Source: Spirochaetia bacterium | Lineage (GTDB): Bacteria > Spirochaetota > Spirochaetia > WTKD01 > G963693115 | Direction of reading: 5' to 3' | Assembly (NCBI GenBank): GCA_965218205.1 | Contig: OZ244590.1 | Location: 840,857 to 904,856, forward strand | DNA length: 64,000 bases | Shown here: positions 31,784-40,029 of the stretch, in pieces | How the letters are laid out: each line of letters begins with the position of its first letter | Position numbering within the stretch: the stretch's first letter is position 1 | Notes under the pieces: model-generated | Seen by the model: only the letters and a program-made list of their open reading frames with translations | What the model was told of the DNA's origin: nothing | Databases searched by the model: none | Made by a program: the position numbers and the translations under genes

Positions 31784-33605
31784 GTTTGTTTATTTAGGAA
31801 TTTTTTTTAGTAGTGTAATTCTCTTGTTTTTATCTTTTTTATATCGGTATCAAATTGTAGATAATCAGCAATATCGAGATTATATTGATAAACTTGCTAC
31901 ACGACAAAATCAGCTACGTTCTTTGCGAGGAAATATTTATGATCGTAATAAGGATGTACCTCTTGCAATGAATGTCAGCGCGTATCGTATTATTATGGAT
32001 ACGAAAAAATTTCCAATGAAAGAGAGAGCAAAGTTGGTAGAAGATCTTTCTCTTTTACTAAATGTAAGTGAAAATTTTATATATTCTGTACTGGATGAAA
32101 AAAAGAAAGAGCCTGTGCCTCAGGTTTTATTGGATAATTTACAATATGAAGAAATAATAAATATAGTAGAAAAAATAGGTAATTTTCCGGGCGTAACATG
32201 GCAAAGAGTAATAAACAGATATTATCCTCATAATAGTTCTATGTCACATATTATTGGTTTTATAGGAAAAATAACAGATGCAGAGACACGTTTATTAAAC
32301 TATGAAGGGTACACGGTCTATGATGAAATAGGAAAAGCAGGGATTGAAAAAGAGTATGAAAAGGAATTACGAGGACAAGCGGGGCAAAAAAAAGAGTTAG
32401 TCAATGTCTTTGGTGAAAAAATTGAACAAGAAAAAGAGATTGTAGAAACAGTAAAGCATGGACATAATCTTATATTAAGTATAGATAGAAATATTCAGGA
32501 GATTGTAGAAAAAGCTATTGGTGATAGGGTAGGAGCAGCGGTGATATTGAAACCACATAGTGGAGAAATTCTTTCGATGGTGTCGTATCCTCGTTTTAAC
32601 CCTAATATTCTCTCTCTTAGCTCTGATAAGAAACTTATTTCTGACATTATATCAAATGTAAATTCTCCTTTTTTTAATAGAGCCATTCAAGCAAGCACTT
32701 CTCCTGCATCTACCTTTAAGGTGCTTATGGCACTTGCATTTTTACAAGAGTATCCTCGTCAATGGGATTATTCAATATATGATGAAGGGTATATTACTAT
32801 TGGAGATAGAGTTTTTACTGATTGGTATCGTTTAGGACGTGGCTGGGTTTCTATTTCTGATGCTCTTGCGTATTCTAATAATACATTTTATTACAATATA
32901 GGAGTGGATAAACTAGGCATTTCAAATATAGTGCGATATTCATCGTTTATGGGCTTAGGAAAAAAAACGAACATAGATTTACCAGGAGAAGTGAAAGGAA
33001 CAATACCTAGTCCTCGTTGGAAATTTTTACGGTATAGAAAGCCTTGGCTTGCTGGTGATACGGCAAATATCTCTATAGGGCAGGGGTATCTTTCTACTAC
33101 CCTTATACAGCTTGCAAACCTTACTGCAGGAATTGTGAATGAAGGTACTATTTATACCCCACATCTTCTTAAAGAAGTAAGGGAGCAAATTTCTGGTACA
33201 GTGATTAAAAAAATTGAGCCTAAAGTTCTTTATACTATAGATACTGTAGATAAAAAAGTATTTAAGAGAATGAAAAAGGATATGCGTGGAGTAGTACAAT
33301 ACGGTACTGCAGAGAAAGTTATTACTACTGATGCAGTTGCGATAGCTGCAAAGACTGGTACAGGACAGGTGTATGCAGATGTAAGTGAACCTCATTTTAA
33401 TTCAATGTTTATTTCCTATGCTCCCTATGATGCTCCTGTTGCAGATCAAATAGTGTTAGCTATTTGGATAGATGCAGTAAATGAATGGGAATGGTGGGCT
33501 CCTAAGGCAGCGAATATTATTTATCATGCTATCTTTACTGATAGTACTTATGAGGAAGCTCTAAAATCATTGAAAGATAAAGGGACCTGGTATTTATATG
33601 AATAA
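31773..33605 (+). CDS. mrdA: Penicillin-binding protein 2 (elongasome transpeptidase).
   Basis: N-terminal TM helix and PBP dimerisation domain. The transpeptidase motifs are STFK (SPASTFKVL), SxN (YSNNTFY) and KTGT (AKTGTGQV). Confidence 0.85.
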   Translation: MKSKFVYLGIFFSSVILLFLSFLYRYQIVDNQQYRDYIDKLATRQNQLRSLRGNIYDRNKDVPLAMNVSAYRIIMDTKKFPMKERAKLVEDLSLLLNVSENFIYSVLDEKKKEPVPQVLLDNLQYEEIINIVEKIGNFPGVTWQRVINRYYPHNSSMSHIIGFIGKITDAETRLLNYEGYTVYDEIGKAGIEKEYEKELRGQAGQKKELVNVFGEKIEQEKEIVETVKHGHNLILSIDRNIQEIVEKAIGDRVGAAVILKPHSGEILSMVSYPRFNPNILSLSSDKKLISDIISNVNSPFFNRAIQASTSPASTFKVLMALAFLQEYPRQWDYSIYDEGYITIGDRVFTDWYRLGRGWVSISDALAYSNNTFYYNIGVDKLGISNIVRYSSFMGLGKKTNIDLPGEVKGTIPSPRWKFLRYRKPWLAGDTANISIGQGYLSTTLIQLANLTAGIVNEGTIYTPHLLKEVREQISGTVIKKIEPKVLYTIDTVDKKVFKRMKKDMRGVVQYGTAEKVITTDAVAIAAKTGTGQVYADVSEPHFNSMFISYAPYDAPVADQIVLAIWIDAVNEWEWWAPKAANIIYHAIFTDSTYEEALKSLKDKGTWYLYE

Positions 33606-34935
33606 AAAAATAGATGTTGTTATGCTTCTGTCTGTTGTCATTTTGCTTATTGTAGGGGTGCTGGCAATTTATTCTAGTTCAGTTGATATACATAATGAAA
33701 TTAAATCAAACGAGTATATACGTCAAATTATTTTTATTGTACTTGGTATTGGTTTATTTTTGAGTATACATCTTATTTCGCTAAAAGATATTCAAAAATA
33801 TGCTGTTGTATATTATATAGTGTGTATTCTGTTGCTTATTATAACATTATTTTTTGGACAGATAAGAAATGGAGCGAAATCATGGATTGGTATTTGGAAT
33901 TTTGGAATACAAATTTCTGAATTTTCAAAAATTGCGGTAGTGTTAATGCTGGCTAAGATTGCTGAAGATGGAGGAGAATATAATTTTAATGCAAGGTTTA
34001 TCGTACGTGCTTTGTGTCTTGTTGCTCTTCCTTTTGCACTTATATTATTACAGCCCGATATGGGTACTGCTTTGGTATATATTCCTATACTGCTTTCTAT
34101 TTTTTTTGTGTCTGGGGTACAGTGGCATCGTATTATGTTTGTAGTGTTTGTTGGGATTGTGGGTATTATTACATTGATTTTGTTGTTTTTCTTTTATTCT
34201 TCTGATATTGCCTCTATCAGTCCTGAAGATATTATTCGTCAATCAACTTCTATGATAACTATTTATATCATAATACTGCTCTCCTTAGTTCTTTTGAGTT
34301 TGGTAGGTGTCAACCTTTCCCATTTTAAGAAATTTTTTCATGTTTCATTATATATATCGTCAATGCTGAGTGTAGGGACTGTTTTGGCAGTAGCTGCTTT
34401 ACGCATACTGAAACCGTATCAGTTACAACGGCTGCTTATTTTTATAAACCCTAACTCCGATCCTCTTAATACTGGATGGCATATTTTACAATCGAAAAAT
34501 GCTATTGGAACTGGAGGTGTGTGGGGACTAGGCTTTCTTGAAGGTAATCAGTCAAAATTACAATATCTTCCAATGGCACAAACTGATTTTATTTTTTCGG
34601 TTATAGGAGAAGAGTTTGGATTTATAGGAGCATCGTTTGTATTGTTGTTGTATTTTGCTATTATGTGGAGAATACTCATTATTGGCTATAAATCTTCTAG
34701 TATTTTTAGTGCTATCTGCTGTGCTGGTATATTTGCTATTTTCTTTACTCATTTTACGGTGAATGTTGGCATGACATTGGGGTTAATGCCAGTAACAGGC
34801 ATTCCTCTGATGTTGCTTTCGTATGGAGGCTCTTCTTTATGGACAGCTCTTATGTGTGTAGGAATAGTCCATACTATTTTTTTTCAAGAAACGAAGTATA
34901 AAGCTGGGGCTGTTGCGTTACTTGTAGTAAAGTAA
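33598..34935 (+). CDS. rodA: Peptidoglycan glycosyltransferase RodA (SEDS family).
   Basis: FtsW/RodA/SpoVE polytopic membrane protein (PDMGTALVY, GGSSLW) immediately after mrdA. Confidence 0.85.
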   Translation: MNKKIDVVMLLSVVILLIVGVLAIYSSSVDIHNEIKSNEYIRQIIFIVLGIGLFLSIHLISLKDIQKYAVVYYIVCILLLIITLFFGQIRNGAKSWIGIWNFGIQISEFSKIAVVLMLAKIAEDGGEYNFNARFIVRALCLVALPFALILLQPDMGTALVYIPILLSIFFVSGVQWHRIMFVVFVGIVGIITLILLFFFYSSDIASISPEDIIRQSTSMITIYIIILLSLVLLSLVGVNLSHFKKFFHVSLYISSMLSVGTVLAVAALRILKPYQLQRLLIFINPNSDPLNTGWHILQSKNAIGTGGVWGLGFLEGNQSKLQYLPMAQTDFIFSVIGEEFGFIGASFVLLLYFAIMWRILIIGYKSSSIFSAICCAGIFAIFFTHFTVNVGMTLGLMPVTGIPLMLLSYGGSSLWTALMCVGIVHTIFFQETKYKAGAVALLVVK

Positions 34936-35120
34936 TAGTAACATATCCAATAGGTAGATCATATTTAGGGATGCAGTAGTGTATTGAAAAAATATGCACA
35001 AAGATTAAATTAGATAATAAAGTATGAGAAAATATATAAATGTACATAAAAAATAAGATATTTTTATGTATTATACTATCATTATTAGATAAAATACTAT
35101 ATACTTAAAACAGAGGCTGA

Positions 35121-35579
35121 GTGAGAATGCAAAGAGGACTTTATGATGTCATTGATTTTTCAAAAAGGGTATTGGTAGATATTCCTTTTGGTATCACAAA
35201 TCTAAAATTACAAAAATTAATGTACTTTATCTATGGGACCTATTATTGCGAAACAGATAAGGAATTATTTAATGAAAGACCACAAGCATGGGATTATGGT
35301 CCTGTATTTCCTAAAGTCTTTTATAAATACAGAAGCAGTGCTGGTGGAGATATAGATAATACTCACATTTTTTCTGAACTAGAAATTGACGATAAGAAAG
35401 TAAGAAATATAAAAGAGGCAGTGCTAAACCAATTAGCCGATAAATCTGATTCTAAGTTAATTGGTATGACACATATAGATAATGCTGCTTGGAGTCGTGT
35501 CTATAAACCTGGGGTAAGAGGCATACTTTTAGATCTAAAGGATATTAAGAAGGATTTTGCTAAATATGTCAGAAAATGA
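35121..35579 (+). CDS. Panacea-domain (DUF4065) protein, a putative PanA-type antitoxin.
   Basis: KLQKLMYFIYGTYY...FNERPQAWDYGPVFPKVFYKY closely matches the Panacea/DUF4065 core (KLQKLLYF...F.AW.YGPV.P.VY). Confidence 0.7.
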   Translation: MRMQRGLYDVIDFSKRVLVDIPFGITNLKLQKLMYFIYGTYYCETDKELFNERPQAWDYGPVFPKVFYKYRSSAGGDIDNTHIFSELEIDDKKVRNIKEAVLNQLADKSDSKLIGMTHIDNAAWSRVYKPGVRGILLDLKDIKKDFAKYVRK

Positions 35580-35928
35580 ATCAGAAGATACATTAGAATA
35601 TGATTACAATGATCCACAAGTTCAAGAAAAAAATAAAGACGATAATAGAGAACAAGAGTTAGAGAAATTAAGAGAAAAAGTAAATCAACTAGAAGCTGAA
35701 AGACAAAAATTAGCTGCATTAAGTTCAACATATATAAGTATTATTGTGATTGGAAGTGCTTTGCTTTTTAATATCTATATATTTCATAATTTTAATTTCA
35801 ATATAGTGGGATCTATTATTATAGGGTTAATTGAGGTGATAGCACTGCTTATAATAGCAAAAATGTATAAGATAAGCGTCATCAATAATCTGTGGGAAGA
35901 AATTACATCGCTTTTTAAGAAACGATAA
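35566..35928 (+). CDS. Small membrane protein (acidic N-terminus, coiled coil, two TM helices), a putative PanT-like toxin.
   Basis: The ATG at 35566 overlaps the 3' end of the upstream Panacea gene by 14 nt; the ORF track uses TTG at 35557. C-terminal hydrophobic helices: YISIIVIGSALLFNIYIF...IVGSIIIGLIEVIALLIIA. Confidence 0.5.
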   Translation: MSENESEDTLEYDYNDPQVQEKNKDDNREQELEKLREKVNQLEAERQKLAALSSTYISIIVIGSALLFNIYIFHNFNFNIVGSIIIGLIEVIALLIIAKMYKISVINNLWEEITSLFKKR

Positions 35929-36027
35929 AAAATAACAATACTTACATCAGCGTTCTCCTTTTTTGCATGTAATGTTTGAATTTACATGTATGTAAGCCTT
36001 AAAAGTGCAAAAAATTCTCATTTTTAC

Positions 36028-36059
36028 TTGATTTTTTTTTTTTTTTTTTCTTTTACAAT
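36028..36059 (+). promoter_or_regulatory. Candidate sigma-70-type promoter (TTGATT, 20-nt spacer, TACAAT) whose spacer is a T18 homopolymer.
   Basis: TTGATT at 36028-36033 and TACAAT at 36054-36059, about 40 nt upstream of the first dynamin-like gene start. Confidence 0.3.
36032..36049. repeat. Homopolymeric T18 tract.
   Basis: 18 consecutive T residues read directly from the sequence. Confidence 0.95.
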
Positions 36060-36099
36060 AAAGTAAGTTATAGAAACAAATATAAAGAGGCATAATAAT

Positions 36100-37797
36100 A
36101 TGAGAAAAACATATCTCCATTTTTTACAAGAAATGGAAAAAGAATTACAAACGATTGATTATGATACCCAAAAGGTACGTGATTTACAACAGTCCATAGA
36201 ATCGAAAGAGCTATTGCTGCCAGTGATAGGGCAGTTTAGCTCTGGGAAAAGTACGCTCCTCAACTCGTTTATGGGGAGAGATATACTGCCAGTGGGCATT
36301 ACGCCTGAGACAGCACTGGCATCAGAGCTGAGATATGCAAGTGATGAAAGAATAGAGGCTATCAAAAAAGATGGGGGAGTCACAACATTTTCAATAGACG
36401 AAATAGAAAAGATAAAGGAAAGAGCAAAAGAGTTTTTGTATCTTACGTTTTTTATCAATAGTAATGTTGTACGTGATATTGCTCCGTTAATCCTTGTTGA
36501 TATGCCAGGCTTTAGTGCAGCCAATGAGTTTCACCAACAGGCTATTATGGAATATCTCAACAAAGGAGTGCATTATATCTGTCTTATCAGTGTTGAAGAG
36601 GGAACTATTCAAAAATCTATGGAAATACAGCTGAGGGATGTTAAAGAGTTTGAAAGAAAATTTTCAGTATTTTTAAGCAAGTGTAATCTCCGTTCTCCAG
36701 AGGAATCAAAGGAAATAGCCACTAATATACAAGAACAGCTCGAAGATAATTTTGACGAACATATCTCTGTTGTGCCAATAGATGACAATGGAGGCGAAAG
36801 TCTTGGTACAGTCATGCAAGAGATACATATTTCTGAGCTTGAGAAGCAAGTATTTTTCTCAGGAGTCGAAGCATTATATAGAGATACTTTAGGGAGCATC
36901 AATACAGAAATAGCATCTCTCACAAAAAGCAAAGAACAGAACGATGATGCCATTACAGCACTCAAAGAAAGTGTAGCAAAGATTGAACAAAAACGTGACC
37001 AGCTTATGAATGATGCTCGCAATGCCTACACAGAGCAACATGCCCGTCAGATTATTGAAGCAGTAGGCTCTGATCTTTCAAGCAGTGTAGAGCAGTTTGT
37101 ATCTATTGCAATGTCAGGAAACTCTGATGAGATGTCACGACAAATATCGGAGGTAGCACGTTCCTCCTTAATTTCAAAAGTGAAAGAAGTTATGACTACC
37201 ATAAGCAATAGTGTTATTGATACATTTCAACTTAGCATACGGGGTATTGAGACGAATGTATCGGGCTATACTTCTAATGTTTCATTGCTTGAGAATCTTA
37301 CAGATACAGTAAAAGGGAGAATGTCAGGTATTGAACAGGGCATGACGAATATGGTAGCTAAACGTCAAGAACAAGAAGCTAAAGGTAGAATGTATAGATC
37401 TATTACAACTGTTCTAGGACTTACAACTAAATTTGTTGTTCCAGCAGTAGAAATTTTAATTATATTTTTGCCAGATATATTGAATAGTCTTTTTAAGAAA
37501 TCGCGAGAAGAAAAACAAAGAGAACAAATCAGATCTACATTGCTCACACAGACATTTCCATCAATAAAAAGAGAAATAGCAACTAAAGTAGAATCGTTAT
37601 TGGAAGAGCAAACAAAAAATGTAATACAAGGCATTGGTACTCAGTATCAGGAATTGTTGGAACAAAAAAGCAAAGAGATTGAAAAAGCAGAGGAAGAAAA
37701 AAATAAAAAAATACAGGATATTGAACAGGTAATAGCTACAAAAAAAGAATGTGTGGCACATATTACCTCTCTTGCAAACGAGAAATTATACGGATAA
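36100..37797 (+). CDS. Bacterial dynamin-like GTPase (LeoA/BDLP-like), paralogue 1.
   Basis: G1 GQFSSGKSTLLNS, G2 region GITPET, G3 DMPGF. A long helical stalk contains a hydrophobic paddle-like segment (ITTVLGLTTKFVVPAVEILIIFLP). Confidence 0.7.
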   Translation: MRKTYLHFLQEMEKELQTIDYDTQKVRDLQQSIESKELLLPVIGQFSSGKSTLLNSFMGRDILPVGITPETALASELRYASDERIEAIKKDGGVTTFSIDEIEKIKERAKEFLYLTFFINSNVVRDIAPLILVDMPGFSAANEFHQQAIMEYLNKGVHYICLISVEEGTIQKSMEIQLRDVKEFERKFSVFLSKCNLRSPEESKEIATNIQEQLEDNFDEHISVVPIDDNGGESLGTVMQEIHISELEKQVFFSGVEALYRDTLGSINTEIASLTKSKEQNDDAITALKESVAKIEQKRDQLMNDARNAYTEQHARQIIEAVGSDLSSSVEQFVSIAMSGNSDEMSRQISEVARSSLISKVKEVMTTISNSVIDTFQLSIRGIETNVSGYTSNVSLLENLTDTVKGRMSGIEQGMTNMVAKRQEQEAKGRMYRSITTVLGLTTKFVVPAVEILIIFLPDILNSLFKKSREEKQREQIRSTLLTQTFPSIKREIATKVESLLEEQTKNVIQGIGTQYQELLEQKSKEIEKAEEEKNKKIQDIEQVIATKKECVAHITSLANEKLYG

Positions 37798-37839
37798 CAA
37801 GAAGAAAAAACAATACTAACTATTAAAAGAGGTATATAT

Positions 37840-40026
37840 ATGAATAAAGAAGAATTATTGACAAAGCTAAAAGGTATTGAAGCTATTGTTAATAGCAATC
37901 ATACTGTTATTGGAAAGGATGCAGAATATCTAGCAGATGACTGTGGCATAGAAGAATCATCGAAAATACAAGATGCTATGAAAGATACTGAATACAAAGG
38001 GCGTCTATTAAAAATTGGTATCATAGGCAGGGTAAAGGCAGGAAAATCTTCATTATTAAATTCACTTATCTTTGAAGGAAAGGATATTCTCCCAAAGGCA
38101 GCCACTCCCATGACTGCCAATCTCACTGTGCTGTCCTATGGTGAGAGGAATGCAGCAGAAATAGAATATTTTAGTTCTGAGGATAGAGAAGATATTAAAA
38201 AGAAACATGACATATACGAAAAAAGAATGAATGATTTAATAGAACAATACCAACAGGAACATAAAGAAAAGCAAAAAGAAGAGCCAGCTGACAAAGAAAG
38301 GATAGAACGCAGAGCAAAGCGAGAATTAAAAGGCAGTATTGAAGAAGCCTCGTATGATCAGTACAAGCGTATGCAGAAGTCAGGGGTAGATCCAACTCGC
38401 CTTGAAGAGAAAACAACGCTAGAATCAAATACAATGAAGGAGCTAGCCAATGAGCTAATAGACTATGTCTCGGCTGAAGGAACATACATGCCATTTACAA
38501 GAAGTATCCGTGTGGCATTGCCGAATGAATTTCTCAAAGACATAGAAATTGTTGATACGCCTGGATTGAATGATCCCGTAGTATCAAGAGAAGAAAGAAC
38601 AAGGGAGCTATTACGGTACTGTGATGTTATTTTTATTGTGAGTCCTTCGGGGCAGTTTATGACCGAACAAGACATAGAATTATTACAGCGTATATCGACA
38701 AAAGAGGGACTGAGAGAGCTGTATGTGGTAGCAAGTCAGGTTGACACACAGCTATTTGGGAGCGAAAAAAAAGCTACAGTCATTGATGCTATTGATGGAC
38801 TTAGCAACATACTTGCTACAAGATTGCAGGAGGTAATTTCAAAACTAAAAGAACATTCCCCTGAGGTAGGAGATAAATTGAATAAGCTCATTGAAGATAA
38901 TCGTGAGCGTATTATATGCTGTTCGGGGATAGCACAATCCATTCTTTTGCGTATGTATGACTCTGGCACAATAACGGATGAAGGACAAACAACAGTATGG
39001 AATAATCTCAAACATCATTATCCAAATAATTTTTCTGATGGAGACAAAACTACATCGGAAGAAAGTCTAAAAGTACTTGCAAACATTACAAAAGTGGAAG
39101 AAAAAATACGATATGTACGCTCTCAAAAAGATAAGATTTTTGAAGACAAGCAGAAAGATTATATACATACAAAATCACAAGCACTGAGTAGCTATCAACA
39201 AGCACTCCTTGATGCAGTAGAGAAAAAAATACAAGAACTTCAAGAAGCTGATATAGATGAGCTGAAAAAGAAAAAAGAAAAACTACAAAAAATCAAAAGT
39301 ACAGGGGAAGGACAGCTTAGTGATACATTTAATAGTTCGGTACGCGATCTATATGTGTGTATGAAGAAGAAACTCAGTGATGGAATAGAAGTGCTATTTG
39401 GAGACACATCAAAAAGAGTAGGAGATGCTGAAGGATCTGTTACTGAAACATATACTACGGGATGGTGGTTGTGGAAAAAAGATCATCATAGAGATGTGAC
39501 AACAGTACGAGCAGGAGATATACGAGATAAGCTGGAAACTATAACATCAAAGATAAAATTAAAGATAGAAGATATAGCAAATGAGAAAATAAAAGCATGG
39601 AAGAGTAAAATACGAAAGGATATTTTATATTCTATTAGGGATGTAGTGGATGATAAATACTTGAATGATTTGACAATTAAAAGTAGTTTTCATGTTATTT
39701 TCTCAAAAATTGTAGACCCTAATATATCTTTTGAAGATAATAGTCTTAATTCTACTCTACAACAATCAGAGATACTTAAAGGATATGAAGCAAAGGAGTA
39801 TATGAAGGAAGCTAGCAACTATATAAATACATTTAAGAGTTCTGTCATTAAAAGAATAGAACAATATACAGAGCAACTAAAAAATACACTTTCCAAATAT
39901 GAAATTGGAACAGAAATATTTGCAAACATTGATGAGACTATCACTGCTTTTGAAAAAGATATAGAAAATAAAAAGGCGATATTAGCGCAATATGACACAA
40001 TAGAAAAAAATTTAAAGGAATTATAA
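37840..40026 (+). CDS. Bacterial dynamin-like GTPase, paralogue 2 (728 aa).
   Basis: G1 GRVKAGKSSLLNSLIF, G2 TPMTANLTVL, G3 DTPGLND; long coiled-coil stalk. Confidence 0.7.
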   Translation: MNKEELLTKLKGIEAIVNSNHTVIGKDAEYLADDCGIEESSKIQDAMKDTEYKGRLLKIGIIGRVKAGKSSLLNSLIFEGKDILPKAATPMTANLTVLSYGERNAAEIEYFSSEDREDIKKKHDIYEKRMNDLIEQYQQEHKEKQKEEPADKERIERRAKRELKGSIEEASYDQYKRMQKSGVDPTRLEEKTTLESNTMKELANELIDYVSAEGTYMPFTRSIRVALPNEFLKDIEIVDTPGLNDPVVSREERTRELLRYCDVIFIVSPSGQFMTEQDIELLQRISTKEGLRELYVVASQVDTQLFGSEKKATVIDAIDGLSNILATRLQEVISKLKEHSPEVGDKLNKLIEDNRERIICCSGIAQSILLRMYDSGTITDEGQTTVWNNLKHHYPNNFSDGDKTTSEESLKVLANITKVEEKIRYVRSQKDKIFEDKQKDYIHTKSQALSSYQQALLDAVEKKIQELQEADIDELKKKKEKLQKIKSTGEGQLSDTFNSSVRDLYVCMKKKLSDGIEVLFGDTSKRVGDAEGSVTETYTTGWWLWKKDHHRDVTTVRAGDIRDKLETITSKIKLKIEDIANEKIKAWKSKIRKDILYSIRDVVDDKYLNDLTIKSSFHVIFSKIVDPNISFEDNSLNSTLQQSEILKGYEAKEYMKEASNYINTFKSSVIKRIEQYTEQLKNTLSKYEIGTEIFANIDETITAFEKDIENKKAILAQYDTIEKNLKEL

Positions 40027-40029
40027 AAC

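Noticed and set aside
35940-36100. Sigma-54 (-24/-12) promoter upstream of the dynamin-like operon
   Set aside because: A TTGCA-like element is present but there is no properly spaced TGGCAC -24 element. The sigma-70-like TTGATT-T18-TACAAT arrangement fits better.
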